From Crocinitomicaceae bacterium (GTDB taxonomy: Bacteria; Bacteroidota; Bacteroidia; Flavobacteriales_D; Crocinitomicaceae): a stretch of DNA of 28,295 nt. The translations under genes and the position numbers were made by a program. Shown one piece after another: positions 15,649 through 24,864 of this stretch (positions are counted from its first letter, which is position 1; each line of letters starts with the position of its first letter). The notes below the pieces were generated by a model. It ran no database searches and was not told the origin of the DNA. It worked only from the letters and a program-made list of their open reading frames with translations. The stretch spans positions 1-28,295 of the forward strand of contig JBFYPS010000359.1 in the NCBI GenBank assembly GCA_041303135.1, given 5' to 3'.

Positions 15649-16500
15649 TTAGAGTTTTTCTACAAATCGACTACTTATCCAACCAAGTTTGAAACTTTTC
15701 GCTTCCTCTTCAGGGTCGTAAAATCTTGAATTGAATATCATTGTTTCTGGTTTTAATGCGACATACCACCAAATTCTTCCAGTAGCATCGGTTTTTTCTG
15801 AAAGCGCATAACCAATTGATTCTGATGATATTTTACCCAAAACATTTCCAGTAACAATTTCACCACAATCAAATAAAGTTGTTGTATCATCTAAATTAGT
15901 AGAAGTTCTTATGTTGTATTTATTTTGTAAAACCTTAAATTCAAAAGGTTGCTCTAGATAAGAATTTGGCAATTCGGTGTATTTTAAATACTGAAAACTG
16001 TTTACGAGCTCAATTTTCGGAATCGATGTTTCATAATTAAATTCATAAATGTAGTTTCGAATAATAAATTCACAGCAACAACCCCAATCTTGAAAGTATA
16101 TTTTTGAAATTTTGTGGTTAATCATTTCCATCTTGAAAATGCCTTGAAGACCTTCAAAAAGCAGATCAAACGAATTACCTTTATTTAGAAAAAAGTAAAT
16201 GAAATTTGCTTCGGATCCATTTGGTCCATCAAAAACAATATCATTTAATCCATCATTATTGAAATCGAAAACGTGCAAGCAGGTATCCAAAATTCTTAAA
16301 TTTGAAGTATCTTCATTCTCTTCGAAATAATAAGAAAATACTTCAGCTTGTTCTTTTTTAAATTTCGCTAGTAAATTATCGTCTTTTTTTTCAATTTCCT
16401 TCCATTGAAATTCATTTTTCAGTGGGAAAAATAAATTTTGTTGGGAATATGTAAACTTTGAAAAGGAAAGTAAAATCAAAAAAAGTAGCAAAATTTTCAT
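15649..16500 (-). CDS. Exported hypothetical protein with an FG-GAP/EF-like loop and a C-terminal SH3b-like segment
   Basis: Signal peptide ending TYS-Q, DFNNDGLNDIVF, and C-terminal YNIRT...WWYV....GWISSRFVE. Confidence 0.7.
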   Translation of the reverse strand: MKILLLFLILLSFSKFTYSQQNLFFPLKNEFQWKEIEKKDDNLLAKFKKEQAEVFSYYFEENEDTSNLRILDTCLHVFDFNNDGLNDIVFDGPNGSEANFIYFFLNKGNSFDLLFEGLQGIFKMEMINHKISKIYFQDWGCCCEFIIRNYIYEFNYETSIPKIELVNSFQYLKYTELPNSYLEQPFEFKVLQNKYNIRTSTNLDDTTTLFDCGEIVTGNVLGKISSESIGYALSEKTDATGRIWWYVALKPETMIFNSRFYDPEEEAKSFKLGWISSRFVEKL

Positions 16501-16518
16501 AGTTTCTCAATTTAAAAC

Positions 16519-17181
16519 TCATTCAAACTTCATTCGAATTTGTTCAGGAGTTAATTTTTGAAGGTCTTCCAACAATTCTTGAAAATCACCATATTCTTGC
16601 ATTTCCGCAAAATCATTTAACGCATTTAATACCTCAGGAGTTAATTGTTCTTCCCTATCATTGAGTTCATAAGCTGCCATGATTGGGAAAAGCATGGTGT
16701 TTTCTTTGGTGTAATCTTTGAAGTTTTTAATCATGTGCATTAACGTAAACGAGGTGTTTTGCAACGCATTCATTAGCAATTCAGAGGAAGTTCCAAAAGT
16801 AATTTCTGGTAAATTATTAAGGTTTGAACCTTTTTCATTTGGTTTCATTTTTACGACAATGGTATCGATGTCTTTTTTGCTTAATTGTCCAATGATGATG
16901 AGCGCCAATCCTGTGAAGAAGAATAGGAAAATTGCCCAAATTGTATAATCACGGTTGAGTTTTTTGATAATATTTTGACCATAAATCATCAATCCAAAAC
17001 TAGCAACACCATAAATTGCCAAACTCCAAAAGTTGACTGGCGTTGATGTATAAAAGCCTGGAATGACTACCCTAATAAAAATAAAAAATCCAATTAAGGC
17101 AATTCCGAAATAGGTTGTTTTTGGAAAACGAACTTTCGCATTTGAGAATTGGTCCAAAATTTCAGATTCTTCATCAGCCAT
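16519..17181 (-). CDS. Hypothetical membrane protein (3 TM helices and a soluble C-terminal domain)
   Basis: 220-aa ORF packed 10-18 nt from its neighbours on the same strand, with three hydrophobic segments. No family recognised. Confidence 0.7.
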   Translation of the reverse strand: MADEESEILDQFSNAKVRFPKTTYFGIALIGFFIFIRVVIPGFYTSTPVNFWSLAIYGVASFGLMIYGQNIIKKLNRDYTIWAIFLFFFTGLALIIIGQLSKKDIDTIVVKMKPNEKGSNLNNLPEITFGTSSELLMNALQNTSFTLMHMIKNFKDYTKENTMLFPIMAAYELNDREEQLTPEVLNALNDFAEMQEYGDFQELLEDLQKLTPEQIRMKFE

Positions 17182-17191
17182 TGTTTCGATA

Positions 17192-18460
17192 TTAAATGTG
17201 GATCACCAATCTCACCAACTCAATTCTCCTATCAGAAACAGCTTCAATGGTGAAATGATATTTACCCAAATCCAATGTGTCGGCAGCTTCGGGAATGGAA
17301 GCCAAATGGTGAATTATAAGTCCGCCCAAGGTTTCATATTCATCTGATTCTTCGAAATCAAACTTGTAGTTTTCATTCAGATAATCGATTTCGATGCGGG
17401 CAGAAAAACGGTATTCATTTTCGTTGATTTGCTCTTCCAACCAATCTTCCACATCGTGTTCATCTTCAATTTCTCCAAAAATTTCTTCGATCACATCTTC
17501 AATCGTCACAATCCCTGCTGTTCCGCCGTATTCATCCACAACGACTGAGATATTTGCAGATTGTTTGGTGAACATTTCCAATAGTTCTTTCCCCGGAATC
17601 GCTGCAGGAACAAATGCGATTGGTCGCATAATTTGATTGATTGCAGTTGGTTTTTTGAACATTTCGAACGAATGTACATATCCGATGATATTGTCAATAT
17701 TGTCGCGGTAAATGATTACTTTGGAAATTCCTTTGGAAACAAAAAGAGTACTCAAATTTTCAATAGAATCATCCACTTCTAAGCAAATGATTTCTGGTCG
17801 CGGAACCATGCAATCTCGCGCTCTGATTTTCGAAAAATCCAAGGCATTTTGCAAGATTTGCATTTCATTTCCAAAATCTTCTTCTTCGTTGCTTCGTTGT
17901 TTCAAGTCTTGGAGATAATGTTCTAAGTCGACTTTAGAAAATGCTTTTTCAGAATTGGTGATTTCAACACGCATAAGCATGAAAAAGAGCTTACTAATCA
18001 TCAAAATAAAAGTAGTAGGAATGTATAAAATCCAATATAAAACCAAGGTGGGAATTGCCAAAGTTTTCATAAATCCGTTTGGATTCAACTGAAAAATAGC
18101 TTTGGGAGAAAATTCTACCGTAATTAAAATAATCAATGCAGAAATGATGGTTTGAACAATCAACAAACTGATCGAACCTTCGGTGATTCCTATGTGCCAA
18201 GCAATGATTGGTGAACCTAATACTTTGGCAATAAAAATGGCAAAAAGCACCAATGCAATATTATTTCCCAAGGACAAAGAGGCAATAAAATTAGTTTCTT
18301 TGCTGTAAAAAAAGCCTACAATGCGCCCATTAAGAGAACCTTTGTTTCGATCAAGTTCAATTTTCAATCTATTGGACGAAATAAAAGCAATTTCAACTCC
18401 CGAACAAAAGGCAGAAAGAATGAGTGTGCTAATGATTATTATCAGATCGGGTGAGTCCAT
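17192..18460 (-). CDS. Hemolysin-family CNNM/CBS/CorC-HlyC transporter-associated protein
   Basis: Motifs SAFCSG.EIAF.S, GNNIA, EFSPKAIF, RARDCMVPR, VVVDEYGGTAGIVTIED.IEEIFGEI.DEHD and YETLGG.I. Confidence 0.92.
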   Translation of the reverse strand: MDSPDLIIIISTLILSAFCSGVEIAFISSNRLKIELDRNKGSLNGRIVGFFYSKETNFIASLSLGNNIALVLFAIFIAKVLGSPIIAWHIGITEGSISLLIVQTIISALIILITVEFSPKAIFQLNPNGFMKTLAIPTLVLYWILYIPTTFILMISKLFFMLMRVEITNSEKAFSKVDLEHYLQDLKQRSNEEEDFGNEMQILQNALDFSKIRARDCMVPRPEIICLEVDDSIENLSTLFVSKGISKVIIYRDNIDNIIGYVHSFEMFKKPTAINQIMRPIAFVPAAIPGKELLEMFTKQSANISVVVDEYGGTAGIVTIEDVIEEIFGEIEDEHDVEDWLEEQINENEYRFSARIEIDYLNENYKFDFEESDEYETLGGLIIHHLASIPEAADTLDLGKYHFTIEAVSDRRIELVRLVIHI

Positions 18461-18534
18461 TTACAAAACTTGCAGTTGGAAAGGTAGTAAAAAAAATGAA
18501 AAATGGACAAAAAAATGACACACGATTTGGTTTA

Positions 18535-19809
18535 CTACACAACATCGAATCCAATGTCTTTTCTAAAATAAGCTTTTTCGAATTCAATATTTTCTATCGT
18601 TCCATAAGATCTAAGAAGCGCATTTTCAATGTTTTTCCCGTAGGAAGTAATTGCCAAAACGCGTCCTCCAGCTGACATGATTGCAGGTCCATCGGCACTT
18701 GTTCCCGCGTGGAAAACCAAACTGTCTGTAACGCTATTCAAACCATAAATCACTTTTCCAGTTTCGTATTCTTCAGGATAACCGCCAGAAACCATCATGA
18801 CAGTTGTCGCACTTCTTTCATCGAATTGAATGTCTCTTTCTGAAAGTGTATTAGAAGCAACGCCTTCAAATAAATCCAATAAATCAGATTTTAGGCGAGG
18901 AATCACAACTTCTGTTTCAGGATCACCCATGCGGCAATTGTATTCAATCACATAAGGTTCGCCTTTCACATTGATAATTCCAAAAAAGATGAAACCTTTG
19001 TAAACCAATCCTTCTGCTTTCAAACCTTTGACAGTTGGAATAATGATTTGATTTTCGATTTTATCTTTGAAAGTTGCATCTGCAAATGGAACAGGAGAAA
19101 CAGCGCCCATTCCGCCGGTATTCAGACCTTTATCGCCTTCGCCGACACGTTTGTAATCCTTCGCTTCAGGCAAAGTTTTATATGAATCGCCATCTGTAAT
19201 GACAAACGCAGACATTTCAATTCCTTTTAAGAATTGTTCAATGACAACGCGTGAACTTGCATCACCAAATTTTGCATCGGCCAACATAGATTTTAATTCT
19301 TGTTTGGCTTCTTCCAATGTTTCTAAAATCAAAACACCTTTTCCAGCAGCTAAACCATCTGCTTTCAATACGTAAGGCGCTTTCATTGATTCCAAAAACT
19401 TGTAACCTTTTTCTAAAGTATCTTTGGTAAATGTGGCATATTTTGCGGTTGGAATATTGTGACGCATCATAAATTCTTTCGCAAAATCTTTGCTTCCTTC
19501 CAATTGAGCCGCAGCTTTCGATGGCCCAATGACAGGAACTTTCATCAATTCTGGATCAGCCACAAAGAAGTCATAAATTCCAGCTACCAAAGGATCTTCT
19601 GGACCAACAACTACCATGTTGACATCATTTTCCAACACAAAAGCTTTTATCCCTTCAAAATCAGTTGGTTTCAATGCTACATTCGTTCCATGATTGCGTG
19701 TTCCTGCATTTCCTGGTGCGATGTATAATTGATCTAATTGCGAGCTTTTCGCCATTTTCCATGCCAATGCATGTTCTCTTCCTCCTGATCCTAGTAATAA
19801 AACTCTCAT
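18535..19809 (-). CDS. purD: Phosphoribosylamine--glycine ligase
   Basis: Motifs LLGSGGREHALAWK, APGNAG, VVGPEDPL, LEGSKDFAK, KADGLAAGKGV, DYKR..EGD.G.NTGGMGA, EYNCRMGDPETE and GGRVL. Confidence 0.97.
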   Translation of the reverse strand: MRVLLLGSGGREHALAWKMAKSSQLDQLYIAPGNAGTRNHGTNVALKPTDFEGIKAFVLENDVNMVVVGPEDPLVAGIYDFFVADPELMKVPVIGPSKAAAQLEGSKDFAKEFMMRHNIPTAKYATFTKDTLEKGYKFLESMKAPYVLKADGLAAGKGVLILETLEEAKQELKSMLADAKFGDASSRVVIEQFLKGIEMSAFVITDGDSYKTLPEAKDYKRVGEGDKGLNTGGMGAVSPVPFADATFKDKIENQIIIPTVKGLKAEGLVYKGFIFFGIINVKGEPYVIEYNCRMGDPETEVVIPRLKSDLLDLFEGVASNTLSERDIQFDERSATTVMMVSGGYPEEYETGKVIYGLNSVTDSLVFHAGTSADGPAIMSAGGRVLAITSYGKNIENALLRSYGTIENIEFEKAYFRKDIGFDVV

Positions 19810-19849
19810 AATTGATTGGAAATTGATTTCGGTAAATCTATATTTAAGA

Positions 19850-20536
19850 TTAACAGTTTTTCAATAATGATTCGAAAAGTAATTTTCCATCCTCATTGTT
19901 CAAAGCGGCATCAGCTGCTCTTTCTGGATGGGGCATCATTCCAAAGACATTTTTTCCAACATTGCGGATTCCAGCGATGTTGTTAATTGCTCCATTTGGA
20001 TTGAATTCTGATGCGATTTCACCATTTTCGGAGCAATATTGAAAAATGACTTGGTTGTTGTCGTAGATTTTTTTCAAAGTATCTTCACCTGCATAAAATC
20101 TTCCTTCACCATGCGCGATTGGAATTTGATAAGCGCGATTTAAGTCTAAATCTTTGGTGATTGCAGAATCGTTTGAAGCAGGTTTTAGATAAACATTTTT
20201 ACAAATGAATTTCTGATTGTCGTTGTGTAACAAAGCACCATCTAACAATCCTGATTCTGTCAAAATTTGAAATCCGTTGCATACTCCCAATACATATCCG
20301 CCTTTGTTTGCGTGATTGATAACTTCTCCCATGATCGGAGAAAGTTTGGCAATAGCACCAGAACGCAAGTAGTCTCCGTAGGAAAATCCACCTGGAAGAA
20401 CCACAAAATCAACGCCTTTTAAATCGGCTTCTTTGTGCCAAAGTTTTTCTACTTTTTGTCCCATCAAAGTTTCCAACACGTAAACCATGTCTTCATCGCA
20501 ATTTGAACCAGGGAATGTAACAACACCAAATTTCAT
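19850..20536 (-). CDS. purQ: Phosphoribosylformylglycinamidine synthase subunit PurQ
   Basis: Motifs FPGSNCD, LPGGFSYGDYLR.GA, GVCNGFQIL.E.GLL.G, PIAHGEG, NPNG and GMMPHPER. An alternative ATG lies at 20545. Confidence 0.96.
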   Translation of the reverse strand: MKFGVVTFPGSNCDEDMVYVLETLMGQKVEKLWHKEADLKGVDFVVLPGGFSYGDYLRSGAIAKLSPIMGEVINHANKGGYVLGVCNGFQILTESGLLDGALLHNDNQKFICKNVYLKPASNDSAITKDLDLNRAYQIPIAHGEGRFYAGEDTLKKIYDNNQVIFQYCSENGEIASEFNPNGAINNIAGIRNVGKNVFGMMPHPERAADAALNNEDGKLLFESLLKNC

Positions 20537-20586
20537 GTGTATCAATTTATTTTTGAACTGTAAGAATTACTTCTTAAAAATTGATA

Positions 20587-20594
20587 CAAAAGTA
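20587..20594 (-). promoter_or_regulatory. -7 promoter box for purQ(-purD)
   Basis: TACTTTTG on the minus strand. Confidence 0.55.
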
Positions 20595-20698
20595 GTCATT
20601 TCAAAGCCATCTGAAACGATAATTTTGACTTTTTTTTGAACGAAAATTTCAATCGATAAATCAGAAATCAATGCTGTATTTAGGTGGTTTTTTACTCC

Positions 20699-21685
20699 TT
20701 ATTTAATAAAAAACTTGCCTATCGAGAACAAAAAAGTAGCGTAAAAAAGGATGGTTGCAAACATGTGGGTCGATTTGTGAAAGAATGAAAATGGTAGAAA
20801 AAGTACCAACGCTATCATTCCAAAACTAAACCATTCGTATTGTTTTAAAAATAAAATCTCAACTGTGCCCAAACCAATTCCGATGAAAAGAAATAGGAAA
20901 ATAATCGCAGTTAATTTTCTAAAACGGATAGAACTTTTGGCGTTTTTGATTCTAATTCCCCACAAACTCAGCAAGGCAGAAAAGGCAAAAAGTCCCATAG
21001 AAATCAAGAACAACAATTGTTTTTGGGTGTAATTGACAGACGTTTCAATGAAATTCCAATTGATTTGATTTTTGTTCCAAAGCACCATGATGAATCCATA
21101 AATCAGTGGAGTGATAAAACCAATGGTCGAAAGAAAAGTTTCTCTGAATACAAAAGGTCTGATTCGGGTAATCATAAACCAAATCATCGGAAAGCCGAAA
21201 ATCAACGGTGGATGAAAACTGGCAGCGCAACCAAAGAGAAATCCTGCATTGAAAGCGATTTTTCTTCCGTCTAAATTGTTTTCTAATTCAAATAATTGAA
21301 ATAGAGAAAGAATCAAAAATGTGTGCGCAACGAGAACACCGTCGATTTGATAAAATGAGTGATAAAAACTCATTAAAACGGTATAAAGAAGCGAAACGAC
21401 GTAGGTATTTTTGTCGTAGAAAGTGTTGATGTTGAACAGGAAATTGAGCAACAATGCATTCAATAAAACAAAAACGCCTGGAATAAATTGCACCCAATCG
21501 AATCCCAAATCAACTGAATTTGGAAGCGTAAAACTGCCCCAAAGTCCCAAATCCACTTCTCGAGAAATTTCGAAGAAAATCGTTTCAGAACTTAACATCC
21601 CGCTATTAAGCATGATATATCCTCCAATCACCAAAGGCAATAAGAACAATACCAACAATTGATTTCCGAGAAATATTCTGATCAT
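20699..21685 (-). CDS. DUF6427-like polytopic membrane protein
   Basis: About 9-10 TM segments. Recognised from its overall pattern and its purD/DUF6341 neighbourhood, which is typical of Flavobacteriales. ATG start at 21685. Confidence 0.65.
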   Translation of the reverse strand: MIRIFLGNQLLVLFLLPLVIGGYIMLNSGMLSSETIFFEISREVDLGLWGSFTLPNSVDLGFDWVQFIPGVFVLLNALLLNFLFNINTFYDKNTYVVSLLYTVLMSFYHSFYQIDGVLVAHTFLILSLFQLFELENNLDGRKIAFNAGFLFGCAASFHPPLIFGFPMIWFMITRIRPFVFRETFLSTIGFITPLIYGFIMVLWNKNQINWNFIETSVNYTQKQLLFLISMGLFAFSALLSLWGIRIKNAKSSIRFRKLTAIIFLFLFIGIGLGTVEILFLKQYEWFSFGMIALVLFLPFSFFHKSTHMFATILFYATFLFSIGKFFIK

Positions 21686-21691
21686 GGACGC

Positions 21692-21699
21692 CAAAGTTA
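21692..21699 (-). promoter_or_regulatory. -7 promoter box (near-leaderless)
   Basis: TAACTTTG-gcgtcc-ATG. Confidence 0.6.
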
Positions 21700-21908
21700 A
21701 TGAAATCTGTTAAGCTATCGAAAAAGGGAGCGGATAGAACATTTTTTTTGTCTTTTCGCAAGCAAAATTTTGCATATTTAGTGCTTTTTTGAACGCTTTT
21801 TATTTAGAAAAATTCCAATCTAAATGAGTTATTCACTTTTTTGATAAAGAATGTTGATAATTACTTAAAAAATGTTTTACTTTGTCCTAAGTTTAAAAAA
21901 TAGAAATT

Positions 21909-22097
21909 ATGAATTCAAGAGAAATATGGTGGTCAGTCGGAGATGGTTTACAATCATTTTTAGGCATGTTTTACGATAATATTGGTAATATTTTCAATTA
22001 TTCTTGCATTGTTCTTGGATTTATCGGTCTTTTCTATTGGTTGAACTTACAACGTAAATTCAATTTAGAAGAATTTAAAGACAAAGGAAAAAACTAA
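21909..22097 (+). CDS. Small single-TM protein, DUF6341-like
   Basis: 62 aa with N..F...GFIGLFYWL..Q.KF, an A-rich start context and its own terminator. Confidence 0.7.
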   Translation: MNSREIWWSVGDGLQSFLGMFYDNIGNIFNYSCIVLGFIGLFYWLNLQRKFNLEEFKDKGKN

Positions 22098-22118
22098 TTT
22101 ATTTAGAATATAAAATTG

Positions 22119-22147
22119 AGGTTGTCATAATTAGGCAACCTTTTTTT
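22119..22147 (+). terminator. Intrinsic terminator after the small DUF6341-like gene
   Basis: aggttgtc-ataatta-ggcaacct followed by a T-run. Confidence 0.8.
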
Positions 22148-22169
22148 GTTTGTCAAAATTTGTAAAATC

Positions 22170-22841
22170 ATGAAGCATACAATCATCATAACTGCTGGAG
22201 GAATCGGTAAAAGAATGGGAAGTGACATTCCTAAACAGTTTCTTTTGTTGGCTGGAAAACCAGTTTTGATGCATGCGATTGAGCGGTTTTATGAATTCGA
22301 CAATCATGCGCAAATCATCCTCACTTTGCCGAATGAATGGAAAGATTACTGGGAAGAATGTTGTGACAATGCCGATTTTGATATTTCTCATGAAATTATT
22401 GACGGCGGAAAGGAACGTTTTCATTCCATCCAAAATGCTTTGCAAATCGCTCATGGAGAATTGATTGCAGTACATGATGGCGTTCGACCATTGGTGAGTA
22501 TTTCAACGATTGAAAAATGTTTTAACACCGCTAAAGCCAAAGGAAATGCGATTCCTGTTGTGGAAGTAAAAGAATCTTTGAGAAAACTTGAAAATCATAG
22601 CTCAACAGCACTCGTTAGAAGCGAATATCGATTGGTGCAAACGCCACAATGTTTTACTGCAGATATTTTGAAAAAAGCCTACAAACAAACGTATCATTCC
22701 GCAATAACCGATGATGCTTCATTGGTAGAAGCCATGGGAATTCAAATTCATTTAATTGATGGAAATGATGGTAATATCAAAATCACAACGCCCCTTGATT
22801 TGCAATTGGCAGAAATTTTATTGAGTACTGAAAAGATTTAA
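22170..22841 (+). CDS. ispD: 2-C-methyl-D-erythritol 4-phosphate cytidylyltransferase (IspD/TarI family)
   Basis: Motifs IITAGGIGKRMG..IPKQF, GGKERFHS, VHDGVRP, VQTPQ.F, TDDASLVE and NIKITTPLDL. Start set at 22170. Confidence 0.9.
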   Translation: MKHTIIITAGGIGKRMGSDIPKQFLLLAGKPVLMHAIERFYEFDNHAQIILTLPNEWKDYWEECCDNADFDISHEIIDGGKERFHSIQNALQIAHGELIAVHDGVRPLVSISTIEKCFNTAKAKGNAIPVVEVKESLRKLENHSSTALVRSEYRLVQTPQCFTADILKKAYKQTYHSAITDDASLVEAMGIQIHLIDGNDGNIKITTPLDLQLAEILLSTEKI

Positions 22842-22848
22842 TTGCTTT

Positions 22849-23724
22849 TTACAATTGTCCGTCAGAATGATAGACGCCATTTTTGAAAACTTTTACCTTC
22901 AATAGAATTCCGTCTCGGTCGTAAACATAGACTTTTCCATTAAAAAGTTTTCCTTCTTTGAAATCTCCGTCTTGCCAAATTTCACCGTCAACGTTATACA
23001 CTTTGTTGTATCCATTGGGTTGAAACTTGCCGTTTTTGACAATTGGTTTGGTGATTTTTGGAGCGGTTTCAGCAGCAACTGTTGGACTAGCTACTTTTAC
23101 TTTAGGTCTTTCCATTTCTTTCTCGACACTGTTTTTCAACGTTCCATCGCTGTTGTATTCAATCATTTCTTTGATGTCGCCATTTTCATAATAGCGTGTA
23201 GCTTTGCCACTTGCAACGCCATTCATTGCAGTGTATTCATATTCAACTTGTCCGTTTGGATAGAAAAATCTGACTTTTCCATTTTCTTTTCCAGTACTGT
23301 TGTATGAAGCTTCATATTCCAATTTTCCATTGGGATGATACATTTTCAAAGAATCGCTGTAAACGCCATCTTCGTAATTTCCAATTTCTTTGATTCTGCC
23401 GTTAGAATGGTATTTGATGTATTTTCCGCTTGGTCGATTGTTGTTGTATTCACCTTTTAATTTTGGTGTAACGCCGTCGTTGTGATACATTATCCAAAGT
23501 CCAACTCTGCGGTCATCTTTGTATTCGCCTTCCTCAATTTTTCCTTTTGCTGGAAAACCTTCACTTGGTCGATCTTGACCGTAATAAATCCATTTTCCTT
23601 GCTTTTTACCGTCAGCGCTTCTTTTGTTAATCTCATCATTTTGATTTACTTGCGCGCTTGCAAAAAGGGCTGTTTCAGCAAAAAAACTGAAGAAAAATAC
23701 GAAAAAAATGAAACCTTTTAACAT
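22849..23724 (-). CDS. Exported MORN-variant repeat protein (YwqK-like)
   Basis: Signal peptide followed by repeated G.W..Y..NG....EG.Y.NG...G units. Confidence 0.8.
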   Translation of the reverse strand: MLKGFIFFVFFFSFFAETALFASAQVNQNDEINKRSADGKKQGKWIYYGQDRPSEGFPAKGKIEEGEYKDDRRVGLWIMYHNDGVTPKLKGEYNNNRPSGKYIKYHSNGRIKEIGNYEDGVYSDSLKMYHPNGKLEYEASYNSTGKENGKVRFFYPNGQVEYEYTAMNGVASGKATRYYENGDIKEMIEYNSDGTLKNSVEKEMERPKVKVASPTVAAETAPKITKPIVKNGKFQPNGYNKVYNVDGEIWQDGDFKEGKLFNGKVYVYDRDGILLKVKVFKNGVYHSDGQL

Positions 23725-23768
23725 GTCTGATTAGTGATAAACGAGTGGAAGATACGAATAAAATTGTT

Positions 23769-24722
23769 TTAATTCTCCAATTTTGAAATATCGACGTTTT
23801 CCAACATAATTTTAACCATCGCTTCCAAATCAAATTTCAATTTCCAATGCCAATCGTTCGCCGCAGCAGAATCATCAATCGAATTTGGCCAACTGTCAGC
23901 AATCGCTTGTCTGAAATCTGGCGCATAATCAATCGTAAAATTTGGTAAATGTTTTTGAATCGCCTCAGCCAAAGTTGCTGGCGTAAAACTGATTCCTGCC
24001 AAGTTATAGCTTGACCTGATTTTCACTTCTTCCTTCGGAGCTTCCATTAATTCAATGGTTGCGCGAATGGCATCTTCCATATACATCATTGGCAACGCAC
24101 TTTCGCTATTCAAAAAGGAAGTGTATTTTCCTGATTTTTTGGCATTGTAGAAAATATCAACGGCGTAATCTGTCGTTCCACCACCTGGCAAACTCGTGTA
24201 AGAAATCAATCCTGGATAGCGGATGCTTCGCACATCTACGCCAAATTTGTTGTAGTAATATTCACACCATCTTTCACCTGCTTGTTTGGAAATTCCGTAA
24301 ACCGTCGTTGGTTCCATGACCGTATATTGTGGAGTCAAATCTCTTGGAGTTGTTGGTCCGAAAACGGCAATCGAGCTTGGCCAAAATATTTTTTGAATGT
24401 GTCCTTCTTTCGCTAAATCTAGAATCGTGAACAAACCTTCCATGTTCAATTTCCATGCAAAATCTGGATTTTTTTCAGCGGTTGCAGACAACAATGCTGC
24501 CAACAAATAAACTTCATTGATTTGGTTATCGATGATGTAAGCACGCACATTTTCTTTGTCGAGCGCATCGAGTTGTTTGTAAGGACCTGACTTCAAAGCG
24601 TCAGTTGCTTCTGGTTTTACGTCAGCAGCGACTACATTTTCTTGACCAAAACGGGTTCTTAAAGCCAAAACGAGTTCGGTACCAATTTGTCCACAAGCAC
24701 CGATTACCAATATTTTTTTCAT
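23769..24722 (-). CDS. NAD-dependent epimerase/SDR, most likely L-threonine 3-dehydrogenase (SDR type)
   Basis: Motifs GACGQIGTEL, YLLAALLSATAE, SSIAVFG, YGISK, RYPG.IS...PGGGTTDYAV and RQAIADSWP. Start set at MKKIL (24722). Confidence 0.85.
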   Translation of the reverse strand: MKKILVIGACGQIGTELVLALRTRFGQENVVAADVKPEATDALKSGPYKQLDALDKENVRAYIIDNQINEVYLLAALLSATAEKNPDFAWKLNMEGLFTILDLAKEGHIQKIFWPSSIAVFGPTTPRDLTPQYTVMEPTTVYGISKQAGERWCEYYYNKFGVDVRSIRYPGLISYTSLPGGGTTDYAVDIFYNAKKSGKYTSFLNSESALPMMYMEDAIRATIELMEAPKEEVKIRSSYNLAGISFTPATLAEAIQKHLPNFTIDYAPDFRQAIADSWPNSIDDSAAANDWHWKLKFDLEAMVKIMLENVDISKLEN

Positions 24723-24740
24723 TCTTTTTCGATTGTTGTA

Positions 24741-24770
24741 CAAATTTAAATGAATCATTGAATAAAGCAA
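24741..24770 (-). promoter_or_regulatory. Promoter for the SDR gene
   Basis: TAAATTTG (24748-24741) with TTG at 24770-24768 and a 19-nt spacer. Confidence 0.65.
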
Positions 24771-24864
24771 TCTACGGAGGTCTTTTTATACCGAAAAAGA
24801 AAAAAACGGCGCTTCATGTTCAAACATTTTGCCTATTTGAATGTTACCCTAACCTAGTTCATCC

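Noticed and set aside
17192-18460. Calling the CNNM/CBS gene gldE
   Set aside because: It belongs to the same family, but I cannot tell GldE from its hemolysin-family paralogue without a search.
20546-20698. Purine or ZTP riboswitch upstream of purQ/purD
   Set aside because: No recognisable aptamer stems, and the leader after the -7 box is only about 45 nt.
21762-21773. Perfect palindrome GCAAAATTTTGC in a divergent promoter region
   Set aside because: It is a single low-complexity 12-mer with no second copy in the window.
22849-23724. Toxin-antitoxin system based on the YwqK-like repeat protein
   Set aside because: There is no adjacent toxin gene. MORN-variant proteins with signal peptides are common in Bacteroidota.
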